Counted from the stretch's first letter, positions 27,089 to 37,323 are shown. The stretch: DNA of 64,000 bases from an uncultured Bacteroidales bacterium (GCA_963736675.1 CAVTPT010000005.1:128040-192039), one strand, 5' to 3'. The notes: generated from the sequence alone by a model not told the origin. Made by a program: numbers and translations.

Positions 27089-27961
27089 CTAGAAATACTC
27101 ATTTCTGGTTCCGGATATGTCGGCAAGGATATTATTTGCCAGTTTACTGGCACCAATCCTGAACAGGGTGTTGTCAAGCCAGCCTTCACCCAGACAATGG
27201 TTTACGATCTGGTAATAGTTAACAGCATCGGCAGTGGCTGAAATTCCCCCGGCAGCTTTGAATCCGACCCTTATACCGGTTTCGGAATAAAAATTTGAAA
27301 TTGCTGTGCACATTACAAATGCAGCTTCAGGGGTTGCTGATATTGAAATTTTGCCGGTGGAGGTTTTGATAAAATCAGCACCTGCGTCCATTGCTATCAT
27401 CGATGCTTTAAAAATCTGTTCATAATCACCAAGCAATCCCGATTCAACAATTACCTTAAGATGCCTTTCCCCGATAGCCTCCTTAATTTCCCTTATCTCG
27501 TCAGCTACCATAGCGAAATCATTTCCAAGAAAAGCTCCCACCGGGATTACTATATCAACTTCATCGGCTCCCGCTTCGGCTGCCATTTTGCATTCTGCAA
27601 CCTTAATGCTTCTGAACGTCTGTGATGAAGGGAATGCTCCTGCTACCGAAGCAATTTTTACATTTTTGACGGTAAGCTTTTCCTTTACCACTGAAACAAA
27701 ATTCGGGAAAACACATATGGCAGCAACATTAGGTATGTTGGAAAAGCGTCCCGAAAAGCTGTTCACTTTTCCTGTGAGATGCAGAATGTGGCTCTTATTA
27801 TCTGTAGTATTCAGGCTTGTAAGATCAATGGAGTTCAGTATATTCATTAACAAGCGCTTATCCGGTGTTCCCTGGGTTGCCGAAGAGATCTTTTTAAGTC
27901 CTTTTTTTATCTCGGCCTCTGATGGGCACAATTTGATCAGTTTTTGATAAAGCTTTGTCAT
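27089..27961 (-). CDS. deoC: Deoxyribose-phosphate aldolase (long form)
   Basis: 290 aa. Contains ADEVDIVI, LKVIVESG and the Schiff-base Lys motif DFIKTSTGK. Confidence 0.85.
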   Translation of the reverse strand: MTKLYQKLIKLCPSEAEIKKGLKKISSATQGTPDKRLLMNILNSIDLTSLNTTDNKSHILHLTGKVNSFSGRFSNIPNVAAICVFPNFVSVVKEKLTVKNVKIASVAGAFPSSQTFRSIKVAECKMAAEAGADEVDIVIPVGAFLGNDFAMVADEIREIKEAIGERHLKVIVESGLLGDYEQIFKASMIAMDAGADFIKTSTGKISISATPEAAFVMCTAISNFYSETGIRVGFKAAGGISATADAVNYYQIVNHCLGEGWLDNTLFRIGASKLANNILADISGTRNEYF

Positions 27962-28085
27962 TTAACTGTCAGTTAGGTTATAGTTGGTTGTTAAATCATT
28001 ATAAAAAGAACGGGTTCAATATAATGCTTTTTGTTCTTATAATTATTTTAAAAATAATTTTAAGTTGAACAAAAAATAAGGAATA

Positions 28086-29501
28086 TCAGGATTGCTTCGG
28101 ATTTCGTGCAGCCAGATTATTATTTCGTGCAAGAGAGGCAAAGATCCCCAGCACCGATAATATTGAAAATATTACAAATCCCACTCTCATTCCAGAAATC
28201 AGACCAGGATAGGTATCGGGGTTGATGGTCTGTTTCCCGATGAACAAAGCAATAAGCATCATTGCTATTCCCATACTTAGCATCTGACCTATCATCCTCA
28301 TTGTTCCCACAACGCCGGAAGCGACTCCAAGGTGACGTTTTTCAACAGAACTCATGATGGCATTTGAATTCGGGGAAGAGAAAAGCCCAAAGCCGATCCC
28401 CATTATAAGAAGAAGTGCAACTATTGTGTAAACAGGCGTTGTTGCAGTTATAAAGCATAACATTATAAGCCCTGTAGCTGTAAGTCCCATTCCAAACGAG
28501 GCGATAACACCCGGATTTTTCCTGTCGGATAATTTCCCGGCCAGAGGAGAAAGAAGTGTCATGGCAATCGGCTGCGAGATCATAATCAGTCCTGCTGTCC
28601 TGGCATCAAATCCCTTCAGATATTGAAGGTAAAGACTGATAAAAAATCCGGTGGCACTTGTTGCTGAGTAATGGATCAGTGCAGCTATTCCCGAGAAGGC
28701 AAAAATCCTGTTCTGCAGTATCAGGCGGATATCAAAAACCGGATTGGATGCTTTTTTCTCAAACAAAAGAAAAATGACCGCCAGAAGAGTTCCGCATATC
28801 AGGAAGATCCATCCTGCCGGAGAGGGGAGCTGGGAAAAGCCATACATGAAGCCAAATAATGCCAGGCCATATATCAATGAACCCTTCCAGTCAAATTTCT
28901 CTCCTTTCGAGTCGGCCCACTCTGTCTTTATCCTTGTTTTTATCAGGATCATGGATGCAATACCAAACGGCACAAGAAAGCCGAATATACTCCTCCACCC
29001 AAAATACTGGGTAAGAAGGCCGCCGACTACCGGTCCGCTTGAAAGTCCGAAATATACGGCAGTGATGTTAATGCCCAGTGCCCGGCCGCGCTCACCCACA
29101 CTGAAAACAGAAGTGATAATTGCAAGGCTTGTCCCGAAGATCATGGCACCCGAGATCCCCTGGAATATTCTAAGAATTATCAGGTATGTAAGACTTTTCG
29201 AAAAAATTATCAAAAAAGTAGAGATGGTAAAAAGAATTATTCCGGAAGAAAAGATCTTTTTTCTACCGACAATGTCAGCCAGCCGGCCAAAAGGGAGCAG
29301 AAAAATGGCCGATGAAAGAATGAAACTGCTGATCACCCAGCCAAGGCCGATAGCGCTCGCGTTAAGATCTTCTCCAATGGCCGGAAGGGCTAAATTGACT
29401 GCCGATCCAAGGAAAGGCGTAAGGAAAGCTGCAAATGTGGCAACAACCAAAACCGACCTCTTAAACGATTTATCGCCGGTAATATCTTTATTCGTTTCCA
29501 T
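28086..29501 (-). CDS. MFS transporter, DHA2 (14-TM, EmrB/QacA-like) drug:H+ antiporter type
   Basis: 471 aa with about 14 hydrophobic helices and the motif GRLADIVGRKKIF after TM2. Confidence 0.85.
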   Translation of the reverse strand: METNKDITGDKSFKRSVLVVATFAAFLTPFLGSAVNLALPAIGEDLNASAIGLGWVISSFILSSAIFLLPFGRLADIVGRKKIFSSGIILFTISTFLIIFSKSLTYLIILRIFQGISGAMIFGTSLAIITSVFSVGERGRALGINITAVYFGLSSGPVVGGLLTQYFGWRSIFGFLVPFGIASMILIKTRIKTEWADSKGEKFDWKGSLIYGLALFGFMYGFSQLPSPAGWIFLICGTLLAVIFLLFEKKASNPVFDIRLILQNRIFAFSGIAALIHYSATSATGFFISLYLQYLKGFDARTAGLIMISQPIAMTLLSPLAGKLSDRKNPGVIASFGMGLTATGLIMLCFITATTPVYTIVALLLIMGIGFGLFSSPNSNAIMSSVEKRHLGVASGVVGTMRMIGQMLSMGIAMMLIALFIGKQTINPDTYPGLISGMRVGFVIFSILSVLGIFASLARNNNLAARNPKQS

Positions 29502-29533
29502 CAGTAAAATTGATAATTATAAGATTCTCCGCT

Positions 29534-29986
29534 TCACTCCTTCTCCCTGGTGTCAATTATTATTGTCACCGGGCCTTCGTTAACAAGTTCAACCTGCATC
29601 ATTGCACCAAACTCCCCTGTTGCGACCTCTTTTCCCACTAACTGTGAGAGCCGCTCAACGAAACTGTTATAAATGGGAATTGCTGTTTCGGGTCGGGCAG
29701 CCCTGACATAGGAGGGTCTGTTTCCCTTTTTTGTCTTTGCATGAAGAGTAAACTGGCTTATTACCAGAATGGATCCTTTTACATCCGAAACTGAAAGGTT
29801 CATTATCTCATCGCTGTCGTTGAAGATCCTGAGCTGATAAATCTTGTTTGCCAGCCATTCGGCATCAGAAGAGCTATCGGCCTCTTCTATTCCGGTAAGA
29901 ACAAGCAAACCATGACCGATTGACGATTTTACCCTGCCGCCGATGGTAACGGAAGCCCTGCTTACCCTCTGTATTACAGCTCTCAT
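29534..29986 (-). CDS. dtd: D-aminoacyl-tRNA deacylase
   Basis: 150 aa from ATG 29986 (MRAVIQRVSRASVTI...). Contains SQFTL and the NEGPVTIIIDT C-terminus. Confidence 0.9.
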   Translation of the reverse strand: MRAVIQRVSRASVTIGGRVKSSIGHGLLVLTGIEEADSSSDAEWLANKIYQLRIFNDSDEIMNLSVSDVKGSILVISQFTLHAKTKKGNRPSYVRAARPETAIPIYNSFVERLSQLVGKEVATGEFGAMMQVELVNEGPVTIIIDTREKE

Positions 29987-30052
29987 GACAAAAAAAATTT
30001 GAGACCAAATATATGCAAACGGTTTTAAAAACATTAAAATCCTGTTTTATAT

Positions 30053-30060
30053 TATATTTG
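30053..30060 (+). promoter_or_regulatory. Candidate -7 promoter box (TATATTTG) of mntP
   Basis: Matches TAnnTTTG and lies 19 nt upstream of ATG 30080. Confidence 0.35.
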
Positions 30061-30079
30061 CGCTGATTATGAATTTCTC

Positions 30080-30643
30080 ATGGATTTAATAACAATTTTT
30101 GCCGTTGCCCTCGGCCTCTCATTTGACACATTTGCTGTTTCTCTTTCGTATGGAGTGGTTCAAAGCAGGATCCTGTTCGGCCAGGCTGTACGTATTGCAA
30201 TTATTTTCGCGCTGTTTCAGGCTGGACTGCTGGTGGCAGGATATTTTCTCGGCTCATTGATAAGCGATGCCGTAAAGACCGCCGATCACTGGATTGCGCT
30301 TATATTGCTTTCTTTCCTGGGAATAAGAATGATTATCGAAGGCATTAACAGAAAGGATGATAATGACGCAAGGGATTACGGAAGGCCGCTGGAGCTTATT
30401 GCAGCAGCCGTCGGAACAAGCATTGATGCATTCGCCGTAGGTATCAGTTTCGCTTTTCTGAATATTAAGATCTGGCTCTCCGGAGTTCTGATCGGCGGGG
30501 TTACTTTCCTGGCTTCAATGACTGCGATACGGATCGGCAAATCGGCCGGCAACCGGCTGGGTAAAAAAGTGGAAATTATAGGTGGATTGATACTGATAGC
30601 AATTGGTATAAAGATCTTCGTTGAACACGTGTTAGGATCCTGA
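30080..30643 (+). CDS. mntP: Manganese efflux pump MntP
   Basis: 187 aa, 6 TM, with the duplicated signature SFDTFAVS / SIDAFAVG. Confidence 0.85.
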   Translation: MDLITIFAVALGLSFDTFAVSLSYGVVQSRILFGQAVRIAIIFALFQAGLLVAGYFLGSLISDAVKTADHWIALILLSFLGIRMIIEGINRKDDNDARDYGRPLELIAAAVGTSIDAFAVGISFAFLNIKIWLSGVLIGGVTFLASMTAIRIGKSAGNRLGKKVEIIGGLILIAIGIKIFVEHVLGS

Positions 30644-30726
30644 AACAGGTAGCCTCCGTCACTATTTTCCTTCCGGTGAATAAACACATCTAAACCGGGC
30701 CGGCAGATAGCACCCGGAGATCATGG

Positions 30727-31515
30727 TTATTCAAAAGGGACCATGTAACGTTCTCTCTTATCGAAAACAGCCATTTCGGTATAACCGGCTTTTCTCAACA
30801 GGTCGTAAGCTTCATCAAAATACTGACCTACTCTTGATGGCATATGAGCATCTGAATTAACGCACACCGGAACCCCTTCTTCCCTGAAAATATGAAGGAA
30901 CTGACGGTCGGGATAGAAATCTGCAAGAGGCTTGTTCCTCCCGTTGGTATTGACTTCGAAGGCAACATCGTATCTCTTCAGGTTTATTGCAAGTTTCCGG
31001 TATAGGTGCTCCTGGACGGTTGAAGGTTTTAATCCATAGATCCTGATGAGGTCGCAATGAGCTATGATATCATACAGGCCTGAGGCGGCAGCAGCAGTAA
31101 CCTGGTTAAAATAGATCTCAAAAAGAGCGTCGGGATCCTTGTCTTTATAGAATTCCGGTCCCATGTCCACACTGTCATCACCCAGGTAATGAACAGAGCC
31201 TATCACATAATCGAGATCCATTGTACTGATATAGGAATAGATCTCTTCCTCCTTACCGGTAAAATAATCAACTTCGAGACCTGTTCTTACCCTTACCGAA
31301 GTGATCCTGTTCTTCAGATCTTTTATATGGTTAAGGTATGATGATACCTCTGATAAATTCATACTCCAGTCGAGCGGTTCCCTGTACAGAGTCAGATGTT
31401 CCGAAAACCCGATCTCTTTAAGATCTGCAGCAACAGCCGGTTCAATATAGTCTTCAGGGGCAGATCTTCCATCACTGAAAAGTGTGTGCATATGGTAGTC
31501 AGTTCTGTAAACCAT
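30727..31515 (-). CDS. PHP-family phosphoesterase (HisJ-type histidinol-phosphatase-like)
   Basis: 262 aa. Contains the N-terminal DYHMHTLFSDG metal motif, SEHL, GSVH and a C-terminal NSDAH. Confidence 0.75.
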   Translation of the reverse strand: MVYRTDYHMHTLFSDGRSAPEDYIEPAVAADLKEIGFSEHLTLYREPLDWSMNLSEVSSYLNHIKDLKNRITSVRVRTGLEVDYFTGKEEEIYSYISTMDLDYVIGSVHYLGDDSVDMGPEFYKDKDPDALFEIYFNQVTAAAASGLYDIIAHCDLIRIYGLKPSTVQEHLYRKLAINLKRYDVAFEVNTNGRNKPLADFYPDRQFLHIFREEGVPVCVNSDAHMPSRVGQYFDEAYDLLRKAGYTEMAVFDKRERYMVPFE

Positions 31516-31615
31516 CTTAAATGCCGTTAGTTTTATAACCTGTAATCATTCGCCAAAATAGGATTATTTTTAGCAATAAAACAAGCCGGGAGAGTCTGAA
31601 ATAGAAGTAAAAAAC

Positions 31616-31623
31616 TAACTTTG
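31616..31623 (+). promoter_or_regulatory. Candidate -7 promoter box (TAACTTTG) of the fnr-like gene
   Basis: Matches TAnnTTTG and lies 15 nt upstream of ATG 31639, which implies a very short leader. Confidence 0.3.
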
Positions 31624-31638
31624 TAAAAACCGGTCGCA

Positions 31639-32334
31639 ATGATAAAAAAAGAGAAGAACTGCATCTGTGAACACTGTGAATTCCGGGAAATAGTTTTTTC
31701 CAGTCTTGATGCTGATACTGTTCAGGAACTCTGCAATAATAAGACGGAACACTTCTACAGAAAGGGGGAGGTCATACACCACGAGGGAGAAATAATCCAT
31801 GATTTTAAATATCTGCGTTCCGGCCTTGTCAAACTATACAGAAGGGCAGATAATAATGAAGAACAGATCATTACCATTACACGTCCATTTGAATTTGTAA
31901 GCAACATGAGCATTTTCTCGGGCGATAAATATATTTACTCAGTATCTGCCCTTGAGGATTCGGAAGTCTGTTCCGTCAACCTCGTGTTCATGAAAGAACT
32001 CTTTCAGAGAAACGGAGGTTTTGCCCTCAACCTCCTTTCAAAGGTATCGCAGATCAACGAAAAGATAATCAGTCAGACTCTGGATCTCAGGCAAAAAAAC
32101 CTTATCGGACGTGTTGCCTATGTTCTGCTTTATTTCACTGAGGAAATTTATAAATCGAAAGTCTTTGATCTTCCCGTTTCGCGCAAAGAGATTGCCGATT
32201 ACATTGCAATGAGCACTGCCAATGTTATCCGGACACTATCTGAATTTAAAAAGGAAGGGCTGATCAGGGTTTTCAGCAAAACCATTGAAGTGATCGATAT
32301 AGAGAAACTTAAGGTAATCTCGAAAAGAGGCTGA
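31639..32334 (+). CDS. Crp/Fnr-family transcriptional regulator with N-terminal Cys cluster (FNR-like)
   Basis: 231 aa. It has a cNMP-binding-like beta-roll and a C-terminal HTH (RKEIADYIAMSTANVIRTLSEFKKEG). The N-terminus is NCICEHC. Confidence 0.85.
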   Translation: MIKKEKNCICEHCEFREIVFSSLDADTVQELCNNKTEHFYRKGEVIHHEGEIIHDFKYLRSGLVKLYRRADNNEEQIITITRPFEFVSNMSIFSGDKYIYSVSALEDSEVCSVNLVFMKELFQRNGGFALNLLSKVSQINEKIISQTLDLRQKNLIGRVAYVLLYFTEEIYKSKVFDLPVSRKEIADYIAMSTANVIRTLSEFKKEGLIRVFSKTIEVIDIEKLKVISKRG

Positions 32335-33361
32335 CCGCCAGAGCACTGATCCATTCATCATTATCATTAAGACTTTCCGCGACAACAAGTTCCGTCCCTC
32401 CCTCCTTCAAAAACTGCTCATGGTATTCTTCCCCGATCTCAACAAGGGTCTCCAGGCAGTCGGCGACAAAAGAGGGTGCAACAACCAGAACTCTTCTCTT
32501 CCCTGATCCGGCCAGCTCTTTCAAAAGACCAATAGTAAAGGGCTTAATCCATTTTTCCGACATTCCCGACTGGAATGAAGTAGAGTAAGTCATCTCTTTC
32601 AGGCCAAGCTTTTCAGCAAGAAGACGGGTCGTTTCATAACAAACAGCTTTGTAGCAATGTGATCCGTGATCCGGCATCTTGCAGATGCAATCACAATTAG
32701 CGGTTTCCCTTCCGGGATGCATTTTCTTTATATGATTTAAAGGAAGACCATGGTATGAAAACACAACATGATCAAATCTCCCGGGATCGTAACGGTTTAT
32801 CAATGCCACATACGATTCTATGAAAGCCGGATGCGAATAAAACTGATCAATACAACTGATTTTCGGAATAAAGTTCCATTTACTGACCGTTTTCAATATA
32901 AATTCCATTACCGATCCCGTTGTCGATGAAGCATAATGAGGGAATAGAGGGAATACTACTATTTCGCTGAATGACTCTTTTTTAATCCGCTCAAGAGCTG
33001 ATTTTAAAGAAGGATTGCCGTAGCGCATTGCCCCGGTCACAACATAACTTCCATCCAGCTTATTCGTGAGTTTTGAAACAAGATTCTCAAGTTGTGTCCT
33101 GAGGGGGGAGCCTGATCCGGTCCATAATCTTCCATATCGCCTTGCCGAATGGGAAGCCCTGAAAGGAATAATAATGAAATTAACCAGGATAGTCCTGAAA
33201 AGCCAGGGAATATCAATTACCCTCCGGTCGTTCAGGAACGCCGAAAGATATTTGCGGACATCTCTTACCCGTGGAGAGTCAGGAGTACCGGTATTAACAA
33301 TTAAAATTACCTTCGGGCCCGCAGGTCCGGTAGTGGTTGTGGTCAACCGTGGGTGTCTCAT
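32309..33361 (-). CDS. hemH: Ferrochelatase
   Basis: About 350 aa. Contains VILIVNTGTPDSP and FSYHGLP. ATG 33361 is preferred; the ORF track uses TTG at 33373. The 3-prime end overlaps the convergent fnr-like gene by 26 nt. Confidence 0.9.
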   Translation of the reverse strand: MRHPRLTTTTTGPAGPKVILIVNTGTPDSPRVRDVRKYLSAFLNDRRVIDIPWLFRTILVNFIIIPFRASHSARRYGRLWTGSGSPLRTQLENLVSKLTNKLDGSYVVTGAMRYGNPSLKSALERIKKESFSEIVVFPLFPHYASSTTGSVMEFILKTVSKWNFIPKISCIDQFYSHPAFIESYVALINRYDPGRFDHVVFSYHGLPLNHIKKMHPGRETANCDCICKMPDHGSHCYKAVCYETTRLLAEKLGLKEMTYSTSFQSGMSEKWIKPFTIGLLKELAGSGKRRVLVVAPSFVADCLETLVEIGEEYHEQFLKEGGTELVVAESLNDNDEWISALAVSLFSRLP

Positions 33362-33369
33362 TGCTGTTT

Positions 33370-34752
33370 TCAATTACTTAACATGTCTGAAATTGATTTA
33401 GCCTGTCTGACCCTGTCGGCCATACCAATTCCATCGCGTATATTACCTGCAAGGATAAGTCCGGGATACTCCCGTTGAATGATTGAAATACTCTCAAGCC
33501 GCTCCTGTGATGAAGCTTCATATTGTGGAATTGCATGCCGGTACCGGCTTATTTTCAATAGATCAGGTTCACCCTTATGCCAGAGGGTCCCGGCGATCTC
33601 TCCAAGAGCAATGTCAGTTATCTCTTTATCAGTCTTTAATATCATCTGGCTGTTTTTAACACCACCCATAAATACCGAAAGCAAAGCTCCTCCTTCGGGA
33701 GCCCGGCCTTCAAATATTGCCGATGGAAACAATATCCCCAGGATACTTCTTTGTTCCTTTGCAGGGACCAGCCCTCCGAAGGCGTCAAGCTTCTTCCCTC
33801 TCCAGTTTTTGAATCCGGCCGATACCTGGACGATCCCGGCGTAATTCAGGCTGTTGATTTTATCAAGATAGTTATCGGGGATAAAAGGAAAAAGAGGAGC
33901 AAGGGCAAAAGCTCCCACAGTACTTATAACCATTGGAGCACTTACACAATTTGTTATTCCTGAAGAGTCAGTAAAAGTGACTTCATAACCCGGATGATTT
34001 TGCCTCGTTACACTCCCATTGCAGGATGTCAGAATATTGTCTTTTCCAATAACATCAGCCAGGGCAGAAATAAGGTTACTGAGTCCTCCTCTGACGGAAA
34101 AGACCTCCCTGGTTGCCTTTTTAAGCCGGGGATCCTTATGTTCCGTTCCTTTCGCCACAGCCCCCCTGATAAAACTGCCATATTTTTGTTCAAGGGCATA
34201 CAATTTGGGTAAGGCAAATCTGGTGACAAGCCGGTAAGGGTCGCCGGCATAAATACCCGAAATAAAAGGATCGACCGCGTAGTCGAGATAACTTTTACCC
34301 AACCTCCTGATAACCAGTTCGGCAATTGTTTCGTCAGGGTTGGTCCCCTGCTTCCGGAAAGGCTCACCAAGGATGCGGAATTTATCCTTTAGCGTAAAAA
34401 GGGGAGTTGCAATTGCCGAGGCCGGACCCGAAGGAAGTGCACACCATGTTCCGTCTTTAAGGATATATCTTTTACCAGATCCTGATCCGGCTTTTTCCAG
34501 AGTACATCTGCCATTCAACCCGTCAAACAGTTGTGCTATCTCAGGAGTTGACAACACCCCGGTGTTAGGTCCGGTTTCATAAATAAATCCATTTTCGGAT
34601 CCAGTGTTAATTACCCCTCCGGGCTTCTCTTCCTTTTCGACGATCACGACCTTTTTCCCGCTCTCTTTGAGAAAGTATCCGAGAGTCAGCCCTGTAAGCC
34701 CGGCTCCGATAATTATTATATCCCCCTGTTTAAGATTCATTTTGTCAGACAT
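33370..34752 (-). CDS. hemY: Protoporphyrinogen oxidase, FAD-dependent (HemY/PgoX type)
   Basis: 460 aa. The N-terminal FAD fold is IIIIGAGLTGLTLGYFLKESGKKVVIVEKEEKPGG. Length and C-terminal GNIRDGIGM are typical of HemY. Confidence 0.85.
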   Translation of the reverse strand: MSDKMNLKQGDIIIIGAGLTGLTLGYFLKESGKKVVIVEKEEKPGGVINTGSENGFIYETGPNTGVLSTPEIAQLFDGLNGRCTLEKAGSGSGKRYILKDGTWCALPSGPASAIATPLFTLKDKFRILGEPFRKQGTNPDETIAELVIRRLGKSYLDYAVDPFISGIYAGDPYRLVTRFALPKLYALEQKYGSFIRGAVAKGTEHKDPRLKKATREVFSVRGGLSNLISALADVIGKDNILTSCNGSVTRQNHPGYEVTFTDSSGITNCVSAPMVISTVGAFALAPLFPFIPDNYLDKINSLNYAGIVQVSAGFKNWRGKKLDAFGGLVPAKEQRSILGILFPSAIFEGRAPEGGALLSVFMGGVKNSQMILKTDKEITDIALGEIAGTLWHKGEPDLLKISRYRHAIPQYEASSQERLESISIIQREYPGLILAGNIRDGIGMADRVRQAKSISDMLSN

Positions 34753-36124
34753 TTCTTGAATATGTTAGTTTTTTTTCGCTGAATTCCTTGTCGAAGAGAG
34801 CTGCTATGTTCCGGATGAAAAAACTCCCGTTTTCAGTAACTTCAATTACATCATCAGAAAAGGAGAGGAGTCCGTCTTCGATCATCCCTTTTAATTTTTC
34901 ACCAGTAAAACCGACAGCGTTTTTTAACTGACCGGTAGTTACTCCCTCCTGGCTGGCGGTAAGCGGAAAGCTGAGGTGTTTATTACACATCAACTCCGTA
35001 ATTACCTGACGGGTAAGCATCTGCTCTGGTCCCAGACGGCAACCCCTTTCCACAGGTAAAATCCCTTCATTAATATTCCGGATATATTTATTTACATCTC
35101 TGATATTCTGGGAATATCCTTTTTCCAGCTGACTTATTGCAGTTACACCGAAGGCATATACCTGGCCGGTTGTGCGGCGTGTGCAGTAACCCTGAAAATT
35201 TCTGTGCAGTTCGTGTTTTTTGAAAGCAATATGCAGGTCGTCGTCAGGCAATACAAAATGATCGAGACCCAACGGCTGATATCCTGAGCCGGAAAGCAGA
35301 TTATAAGCAGAGAGGAACATCCGCATTTTTTCTTCAGCCTGGGGCAATCCCTTCTTTTCAAGGATTACCTGATGTTTTTTCAGCCATGGGATGTGTGCAT
35401 ACGAGAACGTTACCAGCCTGTCGGGCCGGATGCTTATTGCCTTCCGGACGCTTTCAGCAAAAGACAGGGCGGTTTGCCCGGGAAGTCCGTAAATAAGGTC
35501 AAAATTTACGCTGATATTTTTATTGTGTTTTTTCAGATAATTCAGCAGCTCGCCGGGATCTGTAAAGGAAGGATCCCTGTTTACAATTTTCAGAATCTTC
35601 TCATCAAAGTCCTGTATCCCGATGCTAAAACGATTAAATCCTGCTGAAAGTAATTGGTCGGTATAGTTATAATCAAGGTACGCCGGATTGCATTCAATAG
35701 CTATTTCAGGATCGTCGATAAAAGTGAATCCTGAAAAGATAAAGTCGTTCAGTTCTTTTATAAGTCCGGCATCAATCGAATTTGGTGTTCCTCCTCCGTA
35801 GTGGATCTGCGATACCTTTCGCGTTTTATCAATAGATTCAGAGATGATCTTAATCTCTTTTTTAAGAGCTTTAAGGTAAGGAATTATCATATCTCCATTA
35901 CCGGCGGGAATGGCATTGCATCCGCAGTAATGACAGATCTTCCTGCAAAACGGGATATGGATGTAGAGAGATAAATTCTCAGGATTCCCGTTATTTGATT
36001 CTTCAAGAAGCATTTTATAGTCGACGGCAGTAAAGCTTTCCGAAAACTTATTTGCCGGAGGATAGCTTGTATACCTGGGTACCGGGTAGTTGTATTTCGT
36101 GAGAAGTGCTTCAGATATTTCCAT
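34745..36124 (-). CDS. hemN: Oxygen-independent coproporphyrinogen-III oxidase (radical SAM)
   Basis: 459 aa. Contains YIHIPFCRKICHYCGCN (CxxxCxxC) and has full HemN length with the C-terminal HemN domain. Confidence 0.9.
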   Translation of the reverse strand: MEISEALLTKYNYPVPRYTSYPPANKFSESFTAVDYKMLLEESNNGNPENLSLYIHIPFCRKICHYCGCNAIPAGNGDMIIPYLKALKKEIKIISESIDKTRKVSQIHYGGGTPNSIDAGLIKELNDFIFSGFTFIDDPEIAIECNPAYLDYNYTDQLLSAGFNRFSIGIQDFDEKILKIVNRDPSFTDPGELLNYLKKHNKNISVNFDLIYGLPGQTALSFAESVRKAISIRPDRLVTFSYAHIPWLKKHQVILEKKGLPQAEEKMRMFLSAYNLLSGSGYQPLGLDHFVLPDDDLHIAFKKHELHRNFQGYCTRRTTGQVYAFGVTAISQLEKGYSQNIRDVNKYIRNINEGILPVERGCRLGPEQMLTRQVITELMCNKHLSFPLTASQEGVTTGQLKNAVGFTGEKLKGMIEDGLLSFSDDVIEVTENGSFFIRNIAALFDKEFSEKKLTYSRNV

Positions 36125-37319
36125 ATGCTGACCGGGATTTAATAGAATACGTTAAAACCAATAGTGTTACAAGGCAAAGAATCGCCTCTAACCCGAAGAA
36201 ATTATGATATCCGATGGTGTCTCCGAGTTTTCCGCTTAATACGGCGATCACAAGACTGCTGAGATGTGTGATTACTATCTGAAGGGTAAAATCGGTACCC
36301 TCGCGTCCCTGCCTGACAATATCCATCGAGGTTGTATATATTGCTACGGTGGATAAACCATAAGCCCCCCAAAGCAGGCCTATGCCAAGATATAATCCTG
36401 CAACGGAAGGATTGCTGCCCGGCATTAACCAGAACCAGGTCGCAGCAAAAAAACTTATAATGGGGAACAGGTACATCGAAAAAGTTCTCCCAGCTTTTTT
36501 TATTATGAATCCCCCTGCGAAAGCTGACAGTGCAGCAACTGACGTTCCGAATATTCCCGACATAAATCCTATTTCCTTCACACTATATCCAAGATCAACC
36601 AGATAAGGTTTTAGCAGGGTCAGGATCCCTATAATGCCGGAATAATAGAATATGAGTATGAGAACCCGCCTGTGTTTCCCCTTTTCACTAAAGAACCTCC
36701 AGATTTCGTTTAATGATATTTTCAGTTTTGTTGTTGTTGCCGGAGGCAGCTCTTTCCTGTAAAATAGCAACGGGATTATGGCAAAGGCCACAAAAAGTGA
36801 AAGCAATACAAGCAGGGCTGTCCAGCCAAAATAGTAATAAGCTATAAGCAGAACTCCGGTTCCGATGAGAGTTCCGATAAAGCTTCCGGCTGACTGTATA
36901 CTGTTGCCAATGCTTCTTTCACCGGGGCTCAGGTTTAAGATTGCAAAGATATCGACAGCAATATCCTGAGTAGCCGAAGCAATGAATGCTATGATCATCA
37001 GGATCACGATAATTCTGAAATCGGTCTGAAGATTAAATATGCCCAGGCTTAAAATTACTCCTGCATAAAAGAGTTCAGAGAATATTATCCACCGGCGTAA
37101 TTGCCGGGTTGTACCCGAGTGATTATCAACCAGCGGAGCCCACAGAAATTTAAGTATCCAGGGCAGTTTGACAAGTTGTAATAATCCTATTGATTCCAGT
37201 GAATACTTTTCCTGCCTCATTATTACCGGCACAACAGTGGAAAAGAAACTCATAGGGATCGACTGGGAAATATACAGACTAAATAAAACCGGGAATTTCA
37301 GCCATTTGTTCTCCTTCAT
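36111..37319 (-). CDS. MFS permease of the AmpG/PAT family
   Basis: 402 aa, 12 TM. Carries the family signature LPWILKFLWAPLVDN after TM2. Confidence 0.8.
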   Translation of the reverse strand: MKENKWLKFPVLFSLYISQSIPMSFFSTVVPVIMRQEKYSLESIGLLQLVKLPWILKFLWAPLVDNHSGTTRQLRRWIIFSELFYAGVILSLGIFNLQTDFRIIVILMIIAFIASATQDIAVDIFAILNLSPGERSIGNSIQSAGSFIGTLIGTGVLLIAYYYFGWTALLVLLSLFVAFAIIPLLFYRKELPPATTTKLKISLNEIWRFFSEKGKHRRVLILIFYYSGIIGILTLLKPYLVDLGYSVKEIGFMSGIFGTSVAALSAFAGGFIIKKAGRTFSMYLFPIISFFAATWFWLMPGSNPSVAGLYLGIGLLWGAYGLSTVAIYTTSMDIVRQGREGTDFTLQIVITHLSSLVIAVLSGKLGDTIGYHNFFGLEAILCLVTLLVLTYSIKSRSAYGNI

Positions 37320-37323
37320 ATCA

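Noticed and set aside
28744-29583. A 279-aa ORF on the plus strand, the longest of the alternative ORFs in the track.
   Set aside because: It lies entirely antisense to the well-supported 14-TM MFS gene (28086-29501). Its translation is Arg/Pro/Lys-rich low complexity with no motifs. It is a typical shadow ORF of a hydrophobic-protein gene. The same reasoning applies to the other 60-157-aa ORFs nested in or antisense to the called genes, for example 331-627, 9937-10383, 13948-14385, 41346-41819, 50162-50635, 60492-60905 and 62580-63020.
29987-30079. yybP-ykoY (Mn) riboswitch expected upstream of mntP.
   Set aside because: Only 93 nt separate the divergent dtd and mntP starts, and these contain a promoter-like TATATTTG box. 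No conserved four-way-junction motifs are visible.
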